From contig CM075998.1 of NCBI GenBank assembly GCA_038087875.1, positions 4,838,001 through 4,902,000 on the forward strand: a stretch of 64,000 nt of DNA. The letters are read 5' to 3'. The position numbers and the translations under genes are program-made. Numbering within the stretch: the first letter of the stretch is position 1; each line of letters opens with the position of its first letter. Shown here piece by piece: positions 49,673 to 62,684 of this stretch. Below the pieces are notes generated by a model. The model made no database searches, had not been told where the DNA came from, and saw nothing but the letters and a program-made list of their open reading frames with translations. Source of the DNA: Malacoraja senta (lineage: Eukaryota).

Positions 49673-50889
49673 TTTTAGTTTTCTTTTAGTTTTAGAGATA
49701 CAGTGTGAAACCAGGCCCCTCGGCCCATCGAGTCCATGCCGACCATTGATTCCCGCACACTAACACTTTCCTACACACACTGGGGACAATTTACAATTTT
49801 TATCCGAGCCATTTAACCTACAAACCTGCGCGTCTTCAGAATGAGGGAGGAAACCAGAGAACCCACGTAGGTGACGGGGAGAACGTGCAAACTCCGTACA
49901 GACAGCACCCGTGGTCAGGATGGAACCCGGGTCTCTGGCGCTGTGAGGCAGCAACTCTACCGCTGCGTCACCGTGACGATTGTAGGGGGGGGTGAGCTGG
50001 AAGAGAGGTGGAACAGGACAAAGTGTGGAGGGTGGGGGGGATGGGGGGAGGGGGGGGGGGTTGGGTTGTTAGGCAAATGTTTGGAACATAGGCCAAAGAT
50101 GAAAAAACAGAAGATGTGAGACAAAAGGATTGAAGAGTTACAAATTGTGAAGCTAGAGGAAGGAATGGAGGAGGAGGGGGGAGGGGGGAGCAATAGCTGT
50201 GAGACGGGGTGGGGCACAGGGGAGCAGGGGTCAGTAACGGAGTGATTAGAGACTGGAGAATACAACTAACCTACAAACCTGCACGTCTTTGGAGTGCGGG
50301 AGGAAACCGGAGCGCCCGGAGAAAACCCACGCGGGTCACGGGGAGAACGTGGCAAACTCCGTGCAGTCAGCCAGCACCCGTGGTCAGGACGGAGCCCGGG
50401 GGTTCTCAGGTGCTGTGAGGCAGCGACTCTCCCGCTGCTCACCCTGTTCCAGAGTGGGGCCTGGGATCGTTTACGGGGAGGGTAGATGCGGGCCTGGATG
50501 CAAACGGCAGCCCCTGGCGCAGGGCAGGGAAGCGCTCCCCCCCCCTCCGTTCCCACACTCTGCAGGCTCAGCGCTGGCCCAGTCCTCCAGCCCCAAAAAT
50601 ATTTTGACAAGTGAAATAATACTCAGTGCACACAGAAAATATCCCACCTGCAAGCCAGCTGCAGCCGTGTTTCAGTTGGCAGGCTGCCGCTCCCAAAATA
50701 TTAGCATCCCTTTCACCAAACAGTGGCGGGCAGGCGGAGAGGGGCCGAGAGATCCAGGAAACATTAAACCTTACGCCTCTTTCATCTCCGAGCGCCTCTG
50801 TTTGCAGAATGTTATCATTCATCAGTTCAAAGCCGACCTGCCTGGAGCAGGTCCGGGCAGTCTCAGTGGCAGGCAGCTGGTTGTTCATC

Positions 50890-51320
50890 AGTGATAGGAG
50901 CGGAATCAGGCCATTCGGCCCATCAAGCCCACTCCGCCATTCAATCGTGGCTGATCTCTCTCTCTCCCTCCCAACCCCATTCTCCTGCCTTCTCCCCATA
51001 ACCCCTGACACCCGTACTGATCAAGAATCTATCTATCTCTGCCTTAAAAATATCCACTGACTTGGCCTCCACAGCCCTCTGTGGCAAAGAATTCCACAGA
51101 TTCACCACCCTATGACTAAAGAAATTTCTCCTCATCTCCTTCGTAAAAGAACATCCTTTAATTCTGAGGCTTTGACCTCTGGTCCTAGACTCTTCCACTA
51201 GTGGAAACATCCTCTCCACATCCACTCTATCCAGGCCTTTCACTATTCGGTAAGTTTCAATGAGGTCCCCCCTCAAACTTCTAAACTCCAGCGAGTACAG
51301 GCCCAGTGCCGACAAACGCT
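50890..51320 (-). mobile_element. CR1 3' fragment
   Basis: ERLSALGLYSLEFRSLRGDLIETY...NLWNSLPQRAVEA. Confidence 0.88.
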
Positions 51321-52273
51321 CAGAAAGGGCGTGAGTCATAATTGTGCGGGCGGTGATATGTTGGGGGGGTTTGAGGTACATCGGTGGGCTAACGTAACCC
51401 CTCACTTTTGGTGCTAAAGCATTTTATCGGGATGCATCGCAGCACGGTTTGGGAACAGCTCCATCCAACACCGCAAGAAATCGCAGAGAGTTGTGGACGC
51501 AGCCCAGACCGTCACACAAACCAACCTCCCTTCCTTCCATCGACTCCATCTACACCTCACGCTGCCTCGGCAAGGCCAGCAGCATAATCAAGGACCAGTC
51601 TCACCCCGGCCACTCCCTCTTCTCCCCTCTCCCATCGGGCAAGAGGTACAGAAGTGTGAAAACGAACGCACACACACCTCCAGATTCAGGGACAGTTTCT
51701 TCCCGGCTGTTATCAGGCAACTGAACCGTCCTCTCACCAAATGGAGAGCGGTCCTGACCTCCCATCCACCTCATTGGAGACCCTCGGACTATCTTTAATC
51801 GGACTTTATCTTACACAAAACGTTATTCCCTTCATCATGTATCTGTACACTGTGGATGGCTCGATTGTAATCATGTATTGTCTTTCCACTGACTGAATAG
51901 CACGCAACTAAAGCTTTTCAACGCACTTTCCTCCCACACTCCAAAGACGTACAGGTTTGTGGGTTAGTCCCTGTGTAAATTGTCCGTGGCAATAAACTAA
52001 ACTGAACTAGGTGGGCTCCGTCTGTGTAGACCCTCGCTTTCGGCAGAGACCCTCGCGCTCCCACTGCCAGTGATGACGAAGCGCCTCTTCACCCTGATAT
52101 GCACAGTCAGAGCCCAGAGGGCAAATCAATGCACGTAGGGCAAACAAGAAGCCGACTATGACTGCCCACACTCTGAGGCCCTGCGATGGGTCACGTGCTT
52201 TCCCCTCCCCATCACCCGATTTTCGACAGTCCGAACACACCCGTGGATCTCACCACTGAGTATAGCCAGTGGC

Positions 52274-53098
52274 AGGCCTGTCCCACTTAGGCGACTTTTC
52301 AGGCGACTGCCGGCGACTGTCATGTCGTAGCAGGTCGCTGAAAAACAGTCGACTGTCAGAGTGGAACACACACACACACAGCTTCCTTCACCAGCCCGTT
52401 ATGCAGGCGGGGGACAGGGCAAGCGGTGGGAGCGCTGTCCGAGTGAAATTCACACGGAGCAAAGCCAATGCGATACAGACACACACCGCAATGAACAGGA
52501 AGGTTGGCGCTGTAATTGAGACGGTGAAAGTACAGTGTACGGGAAGGGTCACGTAAGTCCTTTAAAAGAGGGAGGGGAGAGGGTGGAGAAGGGGGGGGGA
52601 CGGGGTGGGGAGAAGGGGGGAGACGGGGTGGGGAGGAGGAGTGGAGACAACCTTTAAGAAGCCAGAGACACACGGCTGTGAAGCTCGGCGGACATTTAAC
52701 ATTACCGGTCGGTTATCCTTGGTTCTGAAAACTACTGCTTACGTTTTTTTTCCTCCCAAGGAGCCCATGAAATTCACCAGTCAGCACCGGCTACAAGAAT
52801 CGACGACAACCTTCGACAACCTACGACCCCCTGGCGACCCACTACCACTGCACCGACGGCACGAGAATGCTCGCTGCTCTCCATGGCGTCACAATTCCGG
52901 TCGCCGCTAATTTTTCAACACGTTGAAAAATCCGCGGCGTTGATAAATTCGCGGCGGCCAGAATGAAGCCGCGACTGGTTCCGAGAATGTGGGAACTACT
53001 CACCACCATGCCGGCGACACCCCGGCAACCTCCGGCGAAGATGTGGCGACCTCAATGTCCTGGAGTCGCCTAAAACGTTGCGTAAGTGGGGCAGGCCC
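52274..53098. mobile_element. Harbinger-like non-autonomous DNA transposon
   Basis: GGCCTGTCCCACTTAGGCGAC ... GTTGCGTAAGTGGGGCAGGCC; internal TTTTCAACACGTTGAAAA palindrome, also seen in related MITEs. Confidence 0.7.
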
Positions 53099-53841
53099 AT
53101 GAGGGCAGCTCAGGTTTCAAGATAAGGATTCCTTTCATCTCCGTCTTAAGTGGACAACCCGTAACTCTGAGGGCCATGACTTTAAGCATTGTTCTATGCA
53201 TTGAAACCACCGCCATTTCCAGCTGGTTCCCGATGTAAACCCGAGTGAGCGTACAGTGTCGTGGAGATTACACACTGCCTTGATTGCACCGGGCCTCTGC
53301 GTACACATTTGTTTCCGTAGGTAAACGAGGATGTTGCCAGGACCCGAGGGTGTGAGCTACAGGGAGAGGTTGAGCAGGCTGGGACTCTATTCCTTGGAGC
53401 GCAGGAGGATGAGGGGTGATCTTATAGAGGTGTACAAAATCATGAGAGGAATAGATCGGGTAGATGCACAGCGTCTCTTGCCCAGAGTAGGGGAATCGAG
53501 GACCAGTGAAAAACAGCTTTTCACTGTACCTCGCTACACGTGACAATAAACTGAACTGAACTGAATAAACAGAGGACATAGGTTCAAGGTGAAGGGGAAA
53601 GATTTAATAGGAATCTGAGAGGTAACATTTTCACACAAAGGGTGGTGGGTGTATGGAACAAGCTGCCAGAGGAGGTAGTTGAGGCAGGGACTATAACAGC
53701 ATTTAAAAGAGATTTGGACAGGTACATGGATAGGACAGGTTTGGAGGGATGCAGGCAGGTGGGACTAGTGCAGATGGGACATGTTGGCCAGTGTGGGCAA
53801 ATTGGGCCGAAGGGCCTGTTTCCGTGCAGTATCGCTCTATG

Positions 53842-55578
53842 ACTAGTGAATTGATCATGGGGAACAAGGATATGGCAGACCAATTGAATAACTACTTTGG
53901 TTCCGTCTTCACTAAGGAAGACATAAATAATCTGCCGGAAATAGCAGGGGGCCGCGGGTCAAAGGAGATGGAGGAACTGAGTGAAATCCAGGTTAGTCGG
54001 GAAGTGGTGTTGGGTAAATTGAATGGATTAAAGGCCGATAAATCACCAGAAATAGTGGATGCATTAGTGATAATTTTCAAAACTCTTTAGATTCTGGAGT
54101 AGTTCCTGAGGGTAGCAAACGTAACCCCACTTTTTAAGAAGGGAGGGAGAGAGAAAACGGGGAATTACAGACCAGTTCGTCTAACATCGGTAGTGGGGAA
54201 ACTGCTAGAGTCAGTTATTAAAGATGGGATAGCAGCACATTTGGAAAGTGGTGAAATCATTGGACAAAGTCAGCATGGATTTACGAAAGGTAAATCGTGT
54301 CTGACGAATCTTATAGAATTTTTCGAGGATGTAACGAGTAGAGTGGATAGGGGAGAACCAGTGGATGTGTTGTATCTGGACTTTCAGAAGGCTTTCGACA
54401 AGGTACCACATAAGAGATTAGGATACAAACTTAAATCACACGGTATTGGGGGTTCAGTATTGATGTGGATAGAGAACTGGCTGGCAAACAGGAAGCAAAG
54501 AGTAGGAGTAAACGGGTCCTTTTCACAATGGCAGGCAGTGACTAGTGGGGTACCGCAAGGCTCAGTGCTGGGACCCCAGCTATTTACAATTTATATTAAT
54601 GATCTGGACGAGGGAATTGAAAGCAACATCTCCAAGTTTGCGGATGACACTAAGCTGGGGGGCAGTGTTAGCTGTGAGGAGGATGCTAGGAGACTGCAAG
54701 GTGACTTGGATAGGCTGGGTGAGTGGGCAAATGTTTGGCAGATGCAGTATAATGTGGATAAATGTGAGGTTATCCACTTTGGTGGCAAAAACATGAAAGC
54801 AGACTATTATCTAAATGATGGCCGATTAGGAAAAGGGGAGATGCAGCGAGACCTGGGTGTCATGGTACACCAGTCATTGAAAGTAGGCATGCAGGTGCAG
54901 CAGGCAGTGAAGAAAGCGAATGGTATGTTAGCTTTCATAGCAAAAGGATTTGAGTATAGGAGCAGGGAGGTTCTACTGCAGTTGCACAGGGTCTTGGTGA
55001 GACCACACCTGGAGTATTGCGTACAGTGTTGGTCTCCAAATCTGAGGAAGGGACATTATAGCCATAGAGGGAGTGCAGAGAAGGTTCACCAGACTGATTC
55101 CTGGGATGTCAGGACTTTCATATGAAGAAAGACTGGATAGACTTGGCTTATACTCGCTAGAATTTAGGAGATTGAGAGGGGATCTTATAGAAACGTACAA
55201 AATTCTTATGGGGTTGGACAGGCTAGATGCAGGAAGATTGTTCCCGATGTTGGGGAAGTCCAGGACAAGGGGTCACAGCTTAAGGATAAGGGGGAAATCC
55301 TTTAAGACCGAGATGAGGAAAAACATTTTTCACACAGAGAGTGGTGAATCTCTGGAATTCTCTGCCACAGAGGGTAGTTGAGGCCAGTTCATTGGCTATA
55401 TTTAAGAGGGAGTTAGATGTGGCCCTTGTGGCTAAAGGGATCAGGGGGGTATGGAGAGAAGGCAGGTACGGGATACTGAGTTGGATGATCAGCCATGATC
55501 ATATTGAATGGCGGTGCAGGCTCGAAGGGCCGAATGGCCTCCTCCTGCACCTAGTGTCTATGTTTCTATGTATCTATG
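53842..55578 (+). mobile_element. Longest CR1 LINE copy (RT domain to 3' end), with frameshifts
   Basis: ORF 54193-55125 has [48 protein letters not shown]; (TCTATG)n tail; preceded by a HER1-type 3' fragment at 53325-53841. Confidence 0.93.
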
Positions 55579-56664
55579 ACTCAAAGTGTGGGTTTATGTA
55601 AGTCACATATAGTGCTAGTTCTCCCGTTCCGACGCTGGAGTTCCATCATCCCGGGCCTGAGCTTCGGGCCGCCCGTAGCGGCGACTGCGGGGGGCTCTGG
55701 AGGCCCCGACCACGGGGTGAACAACAGAGGACAACAGAGGAAGAGGACTGAACTTTGGTGCCTTCCCTCACAGTGGGAAACTGTGTGGGGATGTTTGTGT
55801 TATAGACTATCGTGTCCTGTGCTCTTGTTTATTCGTATGGCTGTATGATGACCACAAATTTCACTGTACCAACTGGTACATGTGACAATAAATGCCTCTT
55901 GTCTCTTGTTGGGGAAGTGCGTATTCTCCCAGAGTTTTAAGCAGATTTAAACTCTCTAAGGAGAACGCCACACACATTGAAGTGGGGATAGGCTACTATA
56001 AGAGAGTGAAAGGAATGGGAATGATTGGGATGAAAGAGGAAGGGTCATAAAACAGCACTGATGGGCGTGTACATCAGGTGTACAGTTTATGTCATTCAAT
56101 ATTTTCATTTAAAAAAGTGTCGATTGAGGGATTATGGAATCTTCGAGTGTTGCAAAATCCAACCAGGTTCGCCATTGTCCTTTAGACAGGGAGCCAGATG
56201 TGACACTCTCTCTCTCATCAACCTGCACGCCACCTCGTCCAAGATTGAGACACAAGGAACTGCGGACGCCGGTTTACACAAAAGGACACAAGAGTGCTGG
56301 AGTAACTCGGCGGGTCAGGCAGCATCTGTGGAGGGAAATGGACAGGGCGACATCTGGGGTTGGGACCCTGATTCAGTCAAACCAATTTCAAGGGTGAAGC
56401 TAGTTCACACTGGAGACTTTTTTTTTTAAATTTCTGTTTAAAAAAAAAGCACACAGCCGCCAAAAAAATCCTTGTGTCGATTTTTACTGAGTGCTTTGCA
56501 GGGCATACCGGTGTCGAATTTACTCCAGATAATGTCTAGACTGAACTAAACCAATTAAACCAGCTAATAAACGACAAAACATGGTCATCTGTTCCTGTAT
56601 ATTCTGGTCTAAAGTGTCAATGAGGAAGGCAGGTACACTGGGAACACAATTATAATGAGATGAA

Positions 56665-57315
56665 AAGTGCTGGAGTAACTCAGCGGATCAGGCAGCATCT
56701 GTGGAGAACATGGATAGGTGACGTTTCACAGAGTGCTGGAGTAACTCAGCGGGTCAGGCAGCATCTGTGGAGAACATGGATAGGTGACGTTTCACAGAGT
56801 GCTGGAGTAACTCAGCGGGTCAGGCAGCATCTGTGGAGCGAAGGAAATGGGCAACCTTTCGGGCCGAAACCCTGAAGGAAATAGGCAACGTTTCGGGCCG
56901 AAACCCGGAAGGGTTTCGGCCCGAAACGTTGCCTATTTCCTTCGCTCCATAGATGCTGCCGGAACATGGATAGGTGACGTTTCCCAGAGTGCTGGAGTAA
57001 CTCAGCGGGTCAGGCAGCATCTGTGGAGAACATGGATAGGTGACGTTTCACAGAGTGCTGGAGTAACTCAGCGGGTCAGGCAGCATCTGTGGGGAACATG
57101 GATAGGTGACGTTTCACAGAGTGCTGGAGTAACTCAGCGGGTCAGGCAGCATCTGTGGAGAACATGGATAGGTGACGTTTCACAGAGTGCTGGAGTAACT
57201 CAGCGGGTCAGGCAGCATCTGTGTAGAACATGGATATGTGATGTTGAGAGTCTGATGAAGACCCAAAATGTCACCTATCTGCGTCCTCCAGGGATGCTGC
57301 CTGACCCGCTGAGAT
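56665..57315 (+). repeat. 66-bp array with embedded palindromic cassette
   Basis: Cassette at about 56835-56965; degenerate inverted arm CTGATGAAGACCCAAAATGTCACC at about 57252. Confidence 0.88.
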
Positions 57316-60300
57316 ATGGTAGACAGTCAGAACCTTTTCCCCAGGGTGGAGATGTCCAACACTAGAGGGCGCAGCTATAGGTGAGAGGGGGAAAGTTTAA
57401 AGGAGATGTGTGGGGCAGGTTTTTTTACACAGAGGGTGGTGGGTGCCTGGAACGCGCTGCCAGGGGTGGTGGTGGAGGCAGATACGATAGTGGTGTTTAA
57501 GAGGCCTTTAGATAGGTGCGTGGATATGCAGGGAATGGAGGGATATGGATCACGTGCAGGCAGAGGAGATCAGTTTAACTTGGCATCATGTTCGGCACGG
57601 ACATTGTGGGCCGAAGGGCCTGTTCCTGTGCTGTACTGTGTTCCGTGTTCTACGTTCTCCAGCACTTTGTGCCTTTTTCCATCCAAGGTTTATCTGGCAT
57701 ACCGTCACCATTAAGAAGGGGAAGAGGAGAAGACCACCACCTGCAGGTTCCCCCCCCCCCCCCCAAGGGCTGCAGTGGTTCAAGATGGCGGCTCGCCTAC
57801 ACCTTCTCAAAGGGGCCTTTAGAGGCGGGCAATAAATTCCAGCCTCACATATATCTGTTGAACGAATTAAAATGCTGATGCCCGCAGCTGCTGCCCGACC
57901 CACTGAGTTCCTCCAGCACTTTGTAAACAAGCATCTAGACTTTACTTTAGGCTTTGGAGATACAGTGCGGAAACAGGCCCTTCGGCCCACCGAGTCCGCG
58001 CCGACCAGCGATCCCTGCACACTAACACTATCCTGCACACACTAGGGACAACTTACAACTTACAATTTATACCAAGCCAATTAGCCGACAAACCTGTACG
58101 TCTTTGGAGTGTGGGGAGGAAACCGGAGCACCCGGAGAAAACCCACGCAGGTCATGCATGGGGAGAACGTACAAACTCCACACAGACAGAAGTCAAGGTC
58201 GGGATGGAACCCGGGCCTCTGGCGCTGTGAGGCAGCAACTCTACCGCTGCGCCACCGTGCCGCCAATGAAGATCTTGCTTGCAGCAGCGCCACAGACTCA
58301 GACACGAGCATAAACGACAACAATAAGTTGTAGATAAAGTCTACAAGTGAGTGAAAAGGGCGGAACTCCGTGCCCATCCTAACACGTGCATCAACAGTGT
58401 AGAAACAGGGGGCAGTAGCGGGCGGCCACGTTGGCACAGCGGTAGAGTTGCTGCCTCACAGCGCTTGCAGCGCCGGGTTCCATCCCGACTACGGGTGCTG
58501 TCTGTACGGAGTTTGCACGTTCTCCCCGTGACCCGGGTGGGTTTTCTCCGAGATCTTAAAATGTCAATAAAATGTCAGGGGTTATGTGGAGACGTTCAAC
58601 TTGTCGTTGAGATACTATATCATCCATGTTTCATTGATAAAATATATCATATGTATTTTTCATAAGCTCATACGTTCATGCGTATTGTTCATAAGCTCAG
58701 CCCATTCAAGTCTACTCCACCATTCAATCATGGCTGATCTATCTTTCCCTCTCAACCCCATTCTCCTGCCTTCTCCCCATAAACCCCAGACATTTTATTG
58801 ACATCCTGTATTACACTTGACCAGACTACCTCTTGCTTAACCAAAATTAAATCAATGTTCATTGCAGCTGCAGTATCAGCTGCAATCAAATGCATTTGTC
58901 GATGTAATCCCACATGCACTGGTGGTAATAGCATTCGATTAGCGCGCAGCTTTGATAGCGACAAATCGAATTCATCTCCATAAACGGTGAACAAGGGTTT
59001 GTACAAGCAGAGAGTCTCAAATGCACAGAGCTGGGGGGGGGGGGGGGGGGAGAGAGAGAGAGGGAGGGTGGAAGGGGGGGGGGATTAAAGGGTTACTGCC
59101 CTGATTAAAAAAATGGAGACACAGCCAGCAGGCAGGAAGATGGTGAAAATAAAATCCTGACTACGGGTGCTGTCTGTGTGGAGTCTGCACGTTCTCCCCG
59201 TGATTTTTCTCCGGGTGCTCCGGTTTCCTCCCACACTCCGAAGTCGTACAGGTTAATTGGCTTGGTATAAGTGTAAATAGTCCCCCGTGTGCGTGGGATA
59301 GTGTTAGTGCCCGGGGATCGCTGGTCGGCGCGGACCCGGTGGGCTGAAGGGCCTGTTTCCGCGCTGTATCTCGAAGCTAAACTAAAATAAACGCAATGCG
59401 TTTCCAGTCATCAAACAGGGATACCACGGTGGTGTGCTGAGTGACATGTTTTTGGTTATTAAACGACCCTCCAGTCTCCAGCTCATTCGAGGGCAATCTG
59501 CTTCTCGGCTCCCCGAACCTCGAGCACGTTTGGCTACAGCAGGTCACGGGGAGAACGTGCAAACTCCGTACAGGCAGCACCCGAAGTCGGCATCAAACCC
59601 GGGTCTCCGGCGCTGTGAGGCAGCAACTCTACCCGCTGCGCGACCGTGCCGCCCACATCACGGATGGCGCGAGTCTCTGCCTGCCCGACCCCGTCAGGCA
59701 GAGGGGCCAAGGTTTCAACCACCCTCTGAGTGGAAAAGACCCTTCCTGAGATCCCCTCTGCACCTCCTACCCCCTAACACTGAACACTTGCCCGCTAGTG
59801 TCACGTTGCTATCACGTCTTAGTCAAGAGCCCCCATATCCGATCAGTGTACAAGACGCTGGCGAGGCCACATTTGGAGTATTGTGGTCAGTTTTGTTCGC
59901 CCTGCTATAAGAAGGATGACATTAAGCTGCAAAGAACCAGAGTGAACGGTGATCGCTGGAATATTTACGAGGATGTTGCCAGGACTCAAGGGACTGGGTG
60001 GGCAGGATTTGGGTATTTTTAAGGCGGAGGTTGAAAGATTCTTGGTAAGTACGGGTGTCAGGGGTTATGGGGAGAAGGCAGGAGAATGGATTCGAGAAGG
60101 AAAGATAGATCAGCCATGATTGAATGGCGGAGTAGACTCGATGGGCGGAATGGCCTAATTCTGCTCCTATCTCTTATGAACATGAATTTATTCCTTGGAG
60201 TGCAAGAGGCTGAGGGATGATCTGAGCGGTGTATAAAATCATATGGCGAACAGATAGGGTGAGTGCGCAGAGCAGGGGAATCAAGATATGGGTTTATGGT

Positions 60301-60548
60301 GAAAGGCGTAAGATTTAATAGGAACCTGAAGGGCATCTTTTTTTTACCCACAGGTTGAGGTGGGTGTATGGAACGAGCTGCCAGAGAAGGTTGTTGAGGC
60401 AGAGACTATAACAACATTTAAAAGGTGTTTGGACAGTTAAATGGATTGGGAAGGTTTAGAGGGATATGGGCCAAACGCAGGCAATAACACAAGGCTAAAG
60501 TAAGGGAAAAAACAGAAATTAAAAGCAGAAAATGCTCACACCTGAGCT

Positions 60549-60710
60549 GGCAGCCATGTTAACATGGTGGGCCCGCCCGGCAACCACGTTAACATGGTGG
60601 GCCCTCGCGGCAACCATGTTAACATGGTGGGCCCTCGCGGCAGCCATTTTAACATAGTGGGCCCTCACAGCAGCCATTTTAACACGGTGGGCCCTCACGG
60701 CAGCCATTTT
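60549..60710. repeat. 30-bp minisatellite (about 5.4 copies)
   Basis: GGCAGCCATGTTAACATGGTGGGCCCTCGC with an exact 30-bp period. Confidence 0.9.
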
Positions 60711-61290
60711 GAATGAGTTAGGTGCGACAAGGCACCCACATCCATTAACAGCCCTGTTCCGGTAGCGGTTTTGAACCAATGAAACAGAAGGATTAAAAAG
60801 ATGGCTTCAAACCAGAAAGCAGAGTTTAATTGTGGGACATGGTTTGCTTTTACTTTTCGAGAAGCCACAACAACGGATTGAGTAATGGCATGAAATGATA
60901 GAGTTAATGAGAAACATTTGTCCGATCCACAGGTCCTTGTGTACATTTGTTCTGGACACGCACTGTAATACAGAAGTGTTGTTTTTACACTGCAAACATC
61001 AGGGTGGCACAGTGGCGCAGCAGGTAGAGTTGCTGCCAAACAGCGCCAGAGACCCGGGTTCCATCCTGACCTAGGGTGCTGTCTGTATGGAGTTTGTACG
61101 TTCTCCCCGTGACCTGCGTCGGTTGTCTCCGGGTGCTCTGGTTTCCTCCCACACTCCTAAGACGTGCGGGTTTGTGGGTTAATTGGCTTGGTGTAAAATG
61201 TCTCTAATGTGCAGGAAGTGGTGAGAAAGTGGGATAACTTAGAACTGGCGTGAGCTGGTCGGCACGGACTTAGTGGGACAATTTACACTA

Positions 61291-61618
61291 AAGGGCCTGT
61301 CCCACTGTACGAGGTGATTCACGAGTTCTCCCGAGTTTTCCCCTGATTCGAACTCGGAGAATGTCCGTAGCGGGCCTGTAGGAGTTCGTGGATGTCTCGT
61401 AGCGGCTTGTAATGCTAACGGTAGGTACTCGGGACATCCGGTAAACTCGTGACGTTTTTTCATCCCTGCGAATAATGTCCACGAGTAAAAAAAATACTGG
61501 CGATGAAAAAAAAGTTGCTTTTTACTCGTACGAACCGCTACGAGACATTCTCCGAGTTCGAATCAGGGGGAAAACTCGGGAGAACTCGTGAATCACCTCG
61601 TACAGTGGGACAGGGGCT
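61291..61618. mobile_element. Harbinger-like MITE with long TIRs
   Basis: AGGGCCTGTCCCACTGTACGAGGTGATTCACGAGTTCTCCCGAG... mirrored at the right end. Confidence 0.78.
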
Positions 61619-61861
61619 TTACACCAAGCCAATCAACCTACAAACCTGCACGTCTTTGCAGCGTGGGAGGAATCCGAAGCCTCTGTGCTGGCTAAATTGC
61701 AAGCACAGAGGGAGACACACACCCAGATACAGAGAGAGACAGGTACACAAAAATGCTGGAGAAACTCAGCGGGTGCAGCAGCATCTATGGAGCGAAGGAA
61801 ATAGGTAACGTTTCGGGACGAAACCCGAAACCTTGCGGGTTTCGGCCGAAACGTTGCCTAT

Positions 61862-62061
61862 NNNNNNNNNNNNNNNNNNNNNNNNNNNNNNNNNNNNNNN
61901 NNNNNNNNNNNNNNNNNNNNNNNNNNNNNNNNNNNNNNNNNNNNNNNNNNNNNNNNNNNNNNNNNNNNNNNNNNNNNNNNNNNNNNNNNNNNNNNNNNNN
62001 NNNNNNNNNNNNNNNNNNNNNNNNNNNNNNNNNNNNNNNNNNNNNNNNNNNNNNNNNNNNN
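61862..62061. other. Assembly gap (200 N)
   Basis: Run of N, beginning inside a Penelope-terminus palindrome. Confidence 1.
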
Positions 62062-62325
62062 TACGTTCTCCCCGTGACCTGCGTGGGTTTGCACCGGGTG
62101 CTCCGGTTTCCCCCCACACTCCAAAGACGTGCAGGTATGTAGGTTAATTGGCTTGGTGTATGTGTAAATTGGCCCTAGTGTGGTGTAGGATAGTGTTAAT
62201 GTGCAGGGGGGGATCGCTGGTCGGTGCGGACTCGGTGGGCCGAAGGGCCTGTTTCCGCGCTGTATCTCTAAACTAAACGAAACTAAGCTAACCTCAACTG
62301 TTCCAAAGTTCCAATGTCAAAATCA

Positions 62326-62684
62326 GAGGAACAGAATCTTATATTTCGCTTGGGCAGCTTACAGCCCAGTGGTATGAATATTGATTTCTCTAACTTCAAG
62401 TAACCCGGCTTTCCCTCTCTCTCCATCCCTCCCCCACCCAAGTCACACCAGCTTCTCGTTCTCACCCAGCAAACAGCTAACAATGGCCCATTTCCTTTAT
62501 CATCGTCACATTTTTGCATATCTTTCATCCATTTGTTCTATATCTCACTACATCTCCGTCTATATCTCTCGTTTCCCCTTTCCCCTGAAGAAGGGTCTCG
62601 ACCCGAAACGTCACCCATTCCTTCTCTCCAGAGATGCTGCCTGACCCGCTGAGTTACCCCACCATTTTGTGTCTATCCTTGGTT
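62326..62684 (+). mobile_element. Penelope-like element 3' end: ORF C-terminus, 3' UTR and hammerhead-bearing terminus
   Basis: 62326-62403 encodes EEQNLIFRLGSLQPSGMNIDFSNFK*; hammerhead core at 62585-62612. Confidence 0.85.
62585..62612 (+). ncRNA. Minimal hammerhead ribozyme core in sense orientation to the Penelope ORF
   Basis: CTGAAGAAGGGTCTCGACCCGAAACGTC. Confidence 0.62.

Noticed and set aside
54193..55125. 310-aa RT ORF as a domesticated or active gene
   Set aside because: It is a 5'-truncated CR1 with no endonuclease, has flanking frameshifts, and is near-identical to other copies in the window.
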